Source: Anaeramoeba ignava BMAN
Taxonomy: Eukaryota > Protista > Anaeramoebae
Assembly: GCA_028826165.1 (NCBI GenBank)
Contig: JAPDFW010000018.1
Coordinates: forward strand, 1 to 64,000
Direction of reading: 5' to 3'
DNA: 64,000 nt
Shown: positions 38,335 through 50,831 of the stretch, piece after piece
Layout of the letters: each line of letters starts with the position of its first letter
Position numbering within the stretch: the first letter of the stretch is position 1
Program-made: the position numbers and the translations under genes
The notes under the pieces: model-generated
Database searches by the model: none
What the model was told of the DNA's origin: nothing
The model's input: only the letters and a program-made list of their open reading frames with translations

Positions 38335-39665
38335 TTATTAAAATTAATTATTATCAACAGTACTATTTCTTAAAGATTATAAGTCCAATCTGGATAAATT
38401 TCTTTTAGCATTAGGTTCAGTTTCTAAAAAATAATGTTAAAAGGGATTTATTCAGATTGGCATCCCTTTTTTAATTTATTTAATTTCTTTCCGAAAATAA
38501 GGGAATTATTAAAATTAATTATTATCAACAGCACTATTTCTTAAAGATTATAAGTCCAATCTGAATAAATTTCTTTTAACATTAGGTTCAGTTTCTAAAA
38601 AATAATGTTAAAAGGGATTTATTCAGATTGGCATCCCTTTTTTAATTTATTTAATTTCTTTCCGAAAATAAGGGAATTATTAATATCAACTATTATCAAC
38701 AGTACTATTTCTTTAAAGATTATAAGTCCAATCTGGATAAATTTCTTTTAACATTAGGTTCAGTTTCTAAAAAATAATGTTAAAAGGGATTTATTCAGAT
38801 TGGCATCCCTTTTTTTTATTTATTTAATTTCTTTCCGAAAATAAGGGAATTATTAAAATTAATTATTATCAACAGTACTATTTCTTAAAAGATTGTAAGT
38901 CCAATCTGGATAAATTTCTTTTAACATTAGGTTCAGTTTCTAAAAAATAATGTTAAAAGGGATTTATTCAGATTGGCATCCCTTTTTTTATTTATTTAAT
39001 TTCTTTCCGAAAATAAGGGAATTATTAATATCAACTATTATCAACAGTACTATTTCTTAAAGATTATAAGTCCAATCTGGATAAATTTCTTTTAACATTA
39101 GGTTCAGTTTCTAAAAAATAATGTTAAAAGGGATTTATTCAGATTGGCATCCCTTTTTTTTATTTATTTAATTTCTTTCCGAAAATAAGGGAATTATTAA
39201 AATCAACTATTATCAACAGTACTATTTCTTAAAAGATTATAAGTCCAATCTGAATAAATTTCTTTTAACATTAGGTTCAGTTTCTAAAAAATAATGTTAA
39301 AAGGGATTTATTCAGATTGGCATCCCTTTTTTTAATTTATTTAATTTCTTTCCGAAAATAAGGGAATTATTAAAATTAATTATTATCAACAGCACTATTT
39401 CTTAAAAGATTGTAAGTCCAATCTGAATAAATTTCTTTTAACATTAGGTTCAGTTTCTAAAAAATAATGTTAAAAGGGATTTATTCAGATTGGCATTCCT
39501 TTTTTTAATTTATTTAATTTCTTTCCGAAAATAAGGGAATTATTAATATTAATTATTATCAACAGCACTATTTCCTTTTTCTCAAGTCCAATCTGAATAA
39601 ATTTCTTTTAACATTAGGTTCAGTTTCTAGTAAAAATAATGTTAAAAGGAGTTTGTTCAGATTGG
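38335..39665 (+). ncRNA. Tandem array of 8 x ~172-bp units, each with a 76-78-nt hairpin (29-bp stem); putative structured small-RNA cluster
   Basis: Hairpins start at 38385, 38556, 38728, 38901, 39072, 39245, 39418 and 39588; CCAATCTGAATAAATTTCTTTTAACATTA pairs with TAATGTTAAAAGGGATTTATTCAGATTGG. The repeat is certain; RNA function is inferred from G-U-only deviations. Confidence 0.6.
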
Positions 39666-39854
39666 CGTTTTTGTTTTCTTTTTTTTGTTTTTATTTTTTG
39701 ATTTATAATTTTATAATTTTACTTAAATAAACACAAAATTAAAAAGTTTCATCAATTTTTGTTTTTTTTTTCTTTTCATCAAAAAAAATTTTTTTTTCAA
39801 TTTTTGATCATTTCATTTTCTTATTCAACAAAAGACCCCAAAAAAAAAACAAAA

Positions 39855-42800
39855 ATGAATTTAAAAATCAATAAGATAACAATAATAACAATAATAATAC
39901 AATTAATAATAATATCAAGTTTAATAAAAGGAATTAAAAGTGATGCAACAACTTGTCAAAATAAATATGAACAAGAAATATTTGGTGGAACAGAAGAAGG
40001 ATTAGAAATGGTATTTTTAGCAACAGGAAAAGATATACCAAAAGATTTAGGAGATTACGATTTATGTAATATGCTTCCAGATGCACATCATTGTGTAATT
40101 ACTTTTGGATTTAATATAAGTGGATATGTTATTCCTTTAACTTGGGGATTTTGTTTACCTAAAGAATGTAATGAAGAATATGCACCTTATGCTCTTGAAG
40201 TTTATATTTCTTTATTTTATTCATATGCTTCTGTTGCTGATTATCCTATTGATGTTTATTGTTCTGATACTTTTAAGAAAAATTATTCAGTTGGAACTAT
40301 AATTACTTTAATTATTATTATTCTTTTTGGATCTTTTGCTATTATTGGAACTATTTTTAAATATTTTAATATTTCTCCAAATTCACAAAATCAATTAAAA
40401 TTTAAACAAAATCAACAAAATTTCCTTAATATAAAAGATAATGAAATACAAAAAGAAACTATTCCAAAATGGAAAACTATTTTATTCAAATTTTTCAGTT
40501 TTTATTCATTACAAGTAAATTGGAAAAAACTAATTGAAAAACATCCAGATCCAAGTTTTAAACATTTAAATGGAATTCGAGCTCTTTCAATGTTTTGGAT
40601 TATTTTTGGTATTTTATTTAAATAATCAAATAATAAAATAACTAAATAATCAATTAATTAAATAATTAAATAATTAAATAATAAAATAATTAAATAATTA
40701 ATTAATAAAATAATAAAATAATTAAATAATTAAATAATCAAATAATAAAATAATAAAATAATTAAAATAATTAAATAATTAAATAATTAAATAATAAAAT
40801 AATTAAATAATTAAATAATAAAATAATCAATTAATCAAATAATAAAATAATAAAATAATTAAATAATAAAATAATAAAATAATTAAATAATCAATTAATA
40901 AAATAATAAAATAATAAAATAATAAAATAATCAATTAATCAAATAATAAAATAATTAAATAATCAAATAATAAAATAATCAAATAATAAAATAAATAAAA
41001 TAATAAAATAATAAAATAATTAAATAACTAAATAATTAAATGATAAAAATAATTAAATAATAAAATAATTAAATAATTAAATAATTAAATAATAAAATAA
41101 TCAAATAATCAAATAATCAAATAATCAAATAATCAAATAATCAAATAATAAAATAATCAAACAATAAAAATAATTAAATAATAAAATAATCAAATAATTA
41201 AATATTTAAATAATTAAATAATAAAATAATTAAATAATAAAATAATCAAATAATCAAATAATATAATAATGAAATAATCAAATAATTAAATAATCAAATA
41301 ATAAAATAATAAAATAATCAAATAATATAATAATGAAATAATCAAATAATTAAATAACTAAATAATAAAATAATAAAATAATCAAATAATCAAATAATCA
41401 AATAATCAAATAATCAAATAATGAAATAATAAAATAAAGGACACACTGTTTATATTCAAAGAGGAATTGGATATAATAATGAATTATATATATATGGAGA
41501 TAAAGCGCAAATTAGTAAATGGCCATTCCAGTTTATTTTAGGAGCAGAATTTGCAGTAGATACATTTTTTTTCTTAAGTGGACTTTTAATGGCACATTTC
41601 GCTATTGAAAAACTTCAACAACATAAATTTAATATTGGTTGTTTTTATTTCCATCGGTAATTTTATTTATTTCAAACATTTTAAATCAAATCAAATATCA
41701 AATTAAATTAAATCAAATTAAATTAAATCAAATCAAATTAAATCAAATTAAATCAAATCAAATATCAAAATTAAATATTAAATCAAATATCAAATCAAAT
41801 ATCAAATCAAATATCAAATCAAATATCAAATTAAATATCAAATCAAATTAAATCAAATCAAATATTAAATCAAATCAAATCAAATCAAATTAAATTAAAT
41901 TAAATATCAAATTAAATATCAAATTAAATTAAATTAAATTAAATTAAATTAAATATCAAATATCAAATATTAAATTTAATTAAAAGATTTTGGAGACTTC
42001 TTCCTTCACTTGGATTTATAATTCTTTTTTTTACTAATATTACAATGCTTTTGGGTAATGGTCCAATTTTTGGAGGACTTAAAGATTTTATTCATGATAC
42101 ATGTGGAAAACATTGGTATTCAAGTCTTTTATTTTTTAATAATTTTTATCCAAAAGATTTTGATGATGAATGCATAAGTAATTATTTATTTGGAAATAAA
42201 TTGGAATAAATTAGGAATAAATTGAAAATAAAATTGAAAATGAAATAAATTAGGTTGGGTTTGGTATCTTGCTAATGACAGCTCAATTCTTTGTTATAAG
42301 TCCAATTTTCTTTTATTCATTTTATTTAATGCCTTTATTTGGATTTTTAGTTGTTCTTGCTTTTATAATTACTTCTGTTGTTTTAAATTTTTGGATTGTT
42401 CATCATTGGAATATTGTTTATTATACATTTGGATCAACAGAAGAAGATTATTCAAACAAAATTTATACCAAACCATACACAAGAATTCTTCCATATCTTG
42501 CTGGATGTTTAATTGCAATGCTTTTGAATATTTTACAAAAAGTTAAAAAATCAAATGAAATTTACAAACATAATATTAATATTAATGATAAAGATAATAA
42601 TGATAAAATTGAAAAAGAAATTGATACAGATAGTGAAAATGAAGATAATCAAAAATTAACAGAAAAAACACAATTAATTGAAAGTGAAAATGAAAATTAT
42701 AGAAAACAAAGAGATTGGAAAATTCAAATTATTTTTGATTATATTATTCCAATTTCAATTTTTGTTGTTAGTTTTATTTTAATACTTGTTATGGTATTTG

Positions 42801-43192
42801 TTCCATATGATAATTATAAACATATGGGAACAAAATGGACAGTAGGTGAAAGTGCAACATATATTGGATTTTCTAAACTTATTTGGGGACTTTCAGTTGG
42901 AGGAATTGTATTTGTTTATTCATATTATGAAGCACCAAAATGTTTAATCAAAAAATTTTTATCACTTGATTTTTGGACACCATTAGCCAAATTAACTTAT
43001 AATGCTTATTTAGTTCATCCTATTATTATGATTGTTGTTGTTTACAGTTCAAGAATTCTTTATAATTATGCAGCAATGCCTATTTTTTATTCAACAACAG
43101 TTTATGTTATTTTAAGTTATTTTTTCTCAATGATTGTTTATTTTCTTGTTGAAAGACCATTTATGCATTTTGAACGAGAAATTATTACGTAA
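39855..43192 (+). CDS. NRF-6/OACYL-like acyltransferase-3 family protein, copy 1 (exons 39855-40608, 41440-41656, 41987-42177, 42254-43192; +1 frameshift near 42280)
   Basis: Signal peptide; NRF domain LGDYDLC..GFCLPKEC; LNGIRALSMFWIIFGH, AVDTFFFLSG, WYLAND, YTKPYTR, PLAKLTYNAYLVH and LVERPF. Confidence 0.9.
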
Positions 43193-43689
43193 ATTATTTA
43201 TTATTTATTTAATTTATTTATTAATTTATTTATTTATTTATTTATTTTATTAGATTCGTAATGAAACCAAGAAAATAATCAATTTTTTTAATTCCAATTT
43301 TTTTAATTCCAATTTTTAATTCCAATTTTTTTAATTCCAATTCTTTCTCTTTTTCTTTTTCTTTTAATTTCAATCTTTTTAAATTCCAAATTTTTTTAAT
43401 TTCAATCTTTTTTAATTCCAATTTTTTAAATTCCAATTAAGATCAATTAAAATAAAACAAAAAATAATCTTCAATTTAATTTTGATTTTATTTCAATTTT
43501 TAATTTAAATTTTATTTTAATTTATTAAATAATTCTTATTTAGAAAAAGAGAAAAAGAGAAAAAGAATTTATTTTATTTATTTTTTGTTTGATTAATTTA
43601 ATTTAATTTAAAATTATTTTTTTTTTAATTTTTTTTTTTTCAATTTTTCATTTTTTTTTTTGATTAAAAAAAGCAAAAAAAAAACAAAA

Positions 43690-46600
43690 ATGAATTTAAA
43701 AATCAATAAGATAACAATAATAACAATAATAATACAATTAATAATAATATCAAGTTTAATAAAAGGAATTAAAAGTGATGCAACAACTTGTCAAAATAAA
43801 TATGAACAAGAAATATTTGGTGGAACAGAAGAAGGATTAGAAATGGTATTTTTAGCAACAGGAAAAGATATACCAACAGATTTAGGAGATTACGATTTAT
43901 GTAATATGCTTCCAGATGCACATCATTGTGTAATTACATTTGGATTTAATATAAGTGGATATGTTATTCCTTTAACTTGGGGATTTTGTTTACCTAAAGA
44001 ATGTAATGAAGAATATGCACCTTATGCTCTTGAAGTTTATATTTCTCTATTTTATTCATATGCTTCTGTTGCTGATTATCCTATTGATGTTTATTGTTCT
44101 GATACTTTTAAAAAAAATTATTCAGCTGGAACTATAATTACTTTAATCATTATTGTTCTTTTTGGATCTTTTGTTATTATTGGAACTATTTTTAAATATT
44201 TCAATATTTCTCCAAATTCACAAAATCAATTAAAATTTAAACAAAATCAACAAAATTTCCTTAATATAAAAGATAATGAAATACAAAAAGAAACTATTCC
44301 AAAATGGAAAACCATTTTATTCAAATTTTTCAGTTTTTATTCATTACAAGTAAATTGGAAAAAATTAATTGAAAAACATCCAGATCCAAGTTTTAAACAT
44401 TTAAATGGAATTCGAGCTCTTTCAATGTTTTGGATTATTTTTGGTATTTTATTTAAATAATTAAATAATAAAATAATAAAATAATCAATTAATCAAATAA
44501 TAAAATAATTAAATAATAAAATAATAAAATAATTAAATAACTAAATAATCAAATAATCAAATAATTAAATAATAAAATAATTAAATAATAAAATAATAAA
44601 ATAATTAAATAATTAAATAATAAAAATAATAAAATAATTAAATAATAAAATAATTAAATAATAAAATCAAATAATCAAATAATAAAATAATCAAATAATC
44701 AAATAATTAAATAATAAAATAATAAAATAATAAAATAATAAAATAATTAAATAATAAATAATAAAAATAATAAAATAATCAATTAAAAAAATAATAAAAT
44801 AATTAAATAATAAAATAATAAAATAATAAAATAATCAAATAATAAAATAATCAAATAATTAAATAATAAAATAATAAAATAATTAAATAATAAAATAATA
44901 AAATAATAAAATAATAAAATAATAAAATAATTAAATAATCAAATAATAAAATAATCAAATAATTAAATAATAAAATAATTAAATAATAAAATAATTAAAT
45001 AATATAATAATAAAATAATGTTAATAAAATAATTAAATAATCAAATAATAAAATAATCAAAATAATAAAATAATTAAATAATCAAATAATAAAATAAAGG
45101 ACACACTGTTTATATTCCAGTGGGAGTTGGATATAATAATGAAGCATATGTATTTGGAGATAATGGACAAATTAGTAAATGGCCATTCCAGTTTATTTTA
45201 GGAGCAGAATTTGCAGTAGATACATTTTTTTTCTTAAGTGGACTTTTAATGGCACATTTTGCTATTGAAAAACTTCAACAACATAAATTTAATATTGGTT
45301 GTTTTTATTTCCATCGGTAATTTTATTTATTTCAAACATTTTAAATCAAATCAAATATCAAAATTAAATTAAATTAAATTAAATCAAATTAAATTAAATC
45401 AAATTAAATTAAATTAAATTAAATATCAAATTAAATTAAATCAAATCAAATAAATCAAAATCAAATCAAAATCAAATCAAAAAATCAAATATCAAATCAA
45501 ATCAAATTAAATCAAATCAAATTAAATCAAATATCAAATATCAAAAATTTTCAAAATCAAATAAAGATTTTAAATAAAATTTTCAAATCAAATTCTTCCT
45601 TCACTTGGATTTATAATTCTTTTTTTTACTAATATTACAATGCTTTTGGGTAATGGCCCAGTTTTTGGTTCTATGAAAGATTTTATTCATGATACATGTG
45701 GAAAACATTGGTATTCAAGTCTTTTATTTTTTAATAATTTTTATCCAAAAGAATTTGATGATGAATGCATAAGTAATTATTTATTTAGGAATAAATTTGA
45801 AATAAAATTGGAAATAAATTGGAAATAAAATTGGAAATAAAATTGAAAATAAATTGAAAATAAATTGAAAATAAATTTGGAATAAATTTGAAATAAAATT
45901 GGAAATAAAATTGAAAATGAAATAAATTAGGTTGGGTTTGGTATCTTGCTAATGATACTCAATTCTTTGTTATAAGTCCAATTTTCTTTTATTCATTTTA
46001 TTTAATGCCTTTATTTGGATTTTTAGTTGTTCTTGCTTTTATAATTACTTCTGTTGTTTTAAATTTTTGGATTGTTCATCATTGGAATATTGTTTATTAT
46101 ACATTTGGATCAACACAAGAAGATTATTCAAACAAAATTTATACCAAACCATACACAAGAATTCTTCCATATCTTGCTGGATGTTTAATTGCAATGCTTT
46201 TGAATATTTTACAAAAAGTTAAAAAATCAAATGAAATTTACAAAAATAATATTAATATTAATGATAAAGATAATAATGATAATAAAGATAAAGATAAAGA
46301 TAAAGATAATAATGATAAAATTGAAAAAGAAATGGATACAGATAGTGAAAATGAAGATAATCAAAAATTAACAGAAAAAACACAATTAATTGAAAGTGAA
46401 AATGAAAATTATAGAAAACAAAGAGATTGGAAAATTCAAATTATTTTTGATTATATTATTCCAATTTCAATTTTTGTTGTTAGTTTTGTTTTAATACTTG
46501 TTATGGTATTTGTTCCATATGATAATTATAAACATATGGGAACAAAATGGACAGTAGGTGAAAGTGCAATATATATTGGATTTTCTAAACTTATTTGGGG

Positions 46601-46904
46601 ACTTTCAGTTGGAGGAATTGTATTTGTTTATTCATATTATGAAGCACCAAAATGTTTAATCAAAAAATTTTTATCACTTGATTTTTGGACACCATTAGCC
46701 AAATTAACTTATAATGCTTATTTAGTTCATCCTATTATTATGATTGTTGTTTCTCAAAGTACAAGAATTCTTTATAATTATGCAGCAATGCCTATTTTTT
46801 ATTCAACAACAGTTTATGTTATTTTGAGTTATTTTTTCTCAATGATTGTTTATTTTCTTGTTGAAAGACCATTTATGCATTTTGAACGAGAAATTATTAC
46901 GTAA
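43690..46904 (+). CDS. NRF-6/acyltransferase-3 protein, copy 2 (exon-3 acceptor garbled)
   Basis: Near-identical to copy 1 with the same intron positions. Confidence 0.88.
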
Positions 46905-47432
46905 ATTATTTATTTATTTAATTTATTTATTTATTTTTATTTATTAATTTATTTATTTTATTTATTTATTTTATAGAAACCAAGAATGAAATCAAGAAAA
47001 TAATCAATTTTTAATTCAAATTCTTTTTAATTCCAATTTTTTAAATTCCAATTTTTTTTAATTCCAATTTTTAATTCCAATTTTTTAAATTCCAATTTTT
47101 TTTAATTCCAATTCTTTCTCTTTTTCTTTTTCTTTTAATTTCAATTTTTTTAATTCCAATTTTTTTAATTCCAATTAAGATCAATTAAAATAAAACAAAA
47201 AATAATCTTCAATTTAATTTTGATTTTATTTCAATTTTTAATTTAAATTTTATTTTAATTTATTAAATAATTCTTATTTAGAAAAAGAGAAAAAGAGAAA
47301 AAGAGAAAAAGAATTTATTTTATTTATTTTTTGTTTGATTAATTTAATTTAATTTAAAATTATTTTTTTTTAATTTTTTTTTTCAATTTTTCATTTTTTT
47401 TTTTGATTAAAAAAAGCAAAAAAAAAACAAAA

Positions 47433-50400
47433 ATGAATTTAAAAATCAATAAGATAACAATAATAACAATAATAATACAATTAATAATAATATCAAGTTT
47501 AATAAAAGGAATTAAAAGTGATGCAACAACTTGTCAAAATAAATATGAACAAGAAATATTTGGTGGAACAGAAGAAGGATTAGAAATGGTATTTTTAGCA
47601 ACAGGAAAAGATATACCAACAGATTTAGGAGATTACGATTTATGTAATATGCTTCCAGATGCACATCATTGTGTAATTACATTTGGATTTAATATAAGTG
47701 GATATGTTATTCCTTTAACTTGGGGATTTTGTTTACCTAAAGAATGTAATGAAGAATATGCACCTTATGCTCTTGAAGTTTATATTTCTCTATTTTATTC
47801 ATATGCTTCTGTTGCTGATTATCCTATTGATGTTTATTGTTCTGATACTTTTAAAAAAAATTATTCAGCTGGAACTATAATTACTTTAATTATTATTGTT
47901 CTTTTTGGATCTTTTGTTATTATTGGAACTATTTTTAAATATTTCAATATTTCTCCAAATTCACAAAATCAATTAAAATTTAAACAAAATCAACAAAATT
48001 TCCTTAATATACAAGATAATGAAATACAAAAAGAAACTATTCCAAAATGGAAAACTATTTTATTCAAATTTTTCAGTTTTTATTCATTACAAATAAATTG
48101 GAAAAAATTAATTGAAAAACATCCAGATCCAAGTTTTAAACATTTAAATGGAATTCGAGCTCTTTCAATGTTTTGGATTATTTTTGGTATTTTATTTAAA
48201 TAATCAATTAATCAATTAATAAAATAATCAATTAATCAAATAATAAAATAATAAAATAATAAAATAATTAAATAATCAAATAAATAACTAAATAATCAAA
48301 TAATAAAATAATTAAATAATAAAATAATCAAATAATTAAATAATAAAATAATCAAATAATTAAATAATTAAATAATAAAATAATCAAATAATAAAATAAT
48401 TAAATAATAAAATAATTAAATAATCAAATAATCAAATAATCAAATAATTAAATAATCAATTAATCAAATAATCAAATAATTAAATAATAAAATAATAAAA
48501 TAATAAAATAATAAAATAATTAAATAATATAATAATAAAATAATAAAATAATCAATTAATAAAATAATAAAATAATTAAATAATAAAATAATAAAATAAT
48601 TAAATAATCAAATAATAAAATAATTAAATAATAAATTAATAAAATAATTAAATAATCAAATAATCAAATAATAAAATAATAAAATAATTAAATAATAAAA
48701 TAATTAAATAATCAAATAATAAAATAAAGGACACACTATTTATTTTCCAGCGGGAGTTGGATATAATAATGAAGCATATGTATTTGGAGATAATGGACAA
48801 ATTACCAAATGGCCATTCCAGTTTATTTTAGGAGCAGAATTTGCAGTAGATACATTTTTTTTCTTAAGTGGACTTTTAATGGCACATTTTGCTATTGAAA
48901 AACTTCAACATAATTTTAATATTGGTTGTTTTTATTTCCATCGGTAATTTTATTTATTTCAAACATTTTAAATCAAATCATATCAAATCAAATATCAAAA
49001 TTAAATCAAATATCAAATTAAATTAAATTAAATATCAAATTAAATTAAATTAAATTAAATTAAATTAAATCAAAAATTTTTAAATTTCCATCAAATATCA
49101 AATTTAAATTAAATCAAAATTAAATTTCAAATCAAATATCAAATATCAAAATTAAATTAAATCAAAATCAAATCAAAATTTTAAATCAAATCAAATATCA
49201 AATATCAAATTAAATTAAATCAAATCAAATCAAATTAAATCAAATCAAATCAAATCAAATATTAAATCAAATCAAATATCAAATTTAATTAAAAGATTTT
49301 GGAGACTTCTTCCTTCACTTGGATTTATAATTCTTTTTTTTACTAATATTACAATGCTTTTGGGTAATGGCCCAGTTTTTGGTTCTATGAAAGATTTTAT
49401 TCATGATACATGTGGAAAACATTGGTATTCAAGTCTTTTATTTTTTAATAATTTTTATCCAAAAGAATTTGATGATGAATGCATGGGTAATTAATTATTT
49501 GGGAATAAATTGGAAATAAAATTGGAAATAAAATTGAAAATAAATTGAAAATAAATTGGAAATAAATTGGAAATAAATTGAAAATAAATTGAAAATAAAT
49601 TGAAAATAAATTGAAAATAAATTTGGAATAAATTTGAAATAAAATTGGAAATAAAATTGAAAATGAAATAAATTAGGTTGGGTTTGGTATCTTGCTAATG
49701 ATACTCAATTCTTTGTTATAAGTCCTATTTTCTTTTATTCATTTTATTTAATGCCTTTATTTGGATTTTTAGTTGTTCTTGTTTTTATAATTACTTCTGT
49801 TGTTTTAAATTTTTGGATTGTTCATCATTGGAATATTGTTTATTATACATTTGGATCAACAAAAGATAATTACTCAAACAAAATTTACATCAAACCATAC
49901 ACAAGAATTCTTCCATATCTTGCTGGATGTTTAATTGCAATGCTTTTGAATATTTTACAAAAAGTTAAAAAATCAAATGAAATTTACAAAAATAATATTA
50001 ATATTAATGATAAAGATAATAATGATAATAAAGATAAAGATAATGATAAAGATAATAATGATAATATTGAAAAAGAAATTGATACAGATAGTGAAAATGA
50101 AGATAATCAAAAATTAACAGAAAAAACACAATTAATTGAAAGTGAAAATGAAAATTATAGAAAACAAAGAGATTGGAAAATTCAAATTATTTTTGATTAT
50201 ATTATTCCAATTTCAATTTTTGTTGTTAGTTTTGTTTTAATACTTGTTATGGTATTTGTTCCATATGATAATTATAAACATATGGGAACAAAATGGACAG
50301 TAGGTGAAAGTGCAATATATATTGGATTTTCTAAATTTATTTGGGGACTTTCAGTTGGAGGAATTGTATTTGTTTATTCATATTATGAAGCACCAAAATG

Positions 50401-50650
50401 TTTAATCAAAAAATTTTTATCACTTGATTTTTGGACACCATTAGCCAAATTAACTTATAATGCTTATTTAATTCATCCTATTATTTTGATTATTGTTTCT
50501 TACAGTTCAAGAATTCTTTATAATTATGCAGCAATGCCTATTTTTTATTCAACAACAGTTTATATTATTTTGAGTTATTTTTTCTCAATGATTGTTTATT
50601 TTCTTGTTGAAAGACCATTTATGCATTTTGAACGAGAAATTATTACGTAA
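47433..50650 (+). CDS. NRF-6/acyltransferase-3 protein, copy 3
   Basis: Near-identical to copies 1 and 2; four exons with intact GT-AG sites. Confidence 0.9.
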
Positions 50651-50831
50651 ATTATTTATTTATTTAATTTATTATTTATTTATTTATTTATTTATTAATT
50701 TATTCAAATTATTTATTTATTTTATTAGATTCGTAATGAAACCAAGAAAATAATCAATTTTTTTAATTCAAATTTTTTTTTAATGAAGTAAAATTAGAAG
50801 ATAAAAAAAGCAAATAAAAAAATTCTCAAAA

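Noticed and set aside
38335-39665. CRISPR array or H/ACA snoRNA interpretation of the 172-bp array
   Set aside because: The segments between hairpins are near-identical rather than unique spacers, and no cas genes are present. The stem is fully paired with no pseudouridylation pocket and there is no convincing H box.
45560-45595. Loss of the exon-3 splice acceptor in acyltransferase copy 2
   Set aside because: The surrounding repeat looks garbled and the rest of the gene is intact; likely an assembly error.
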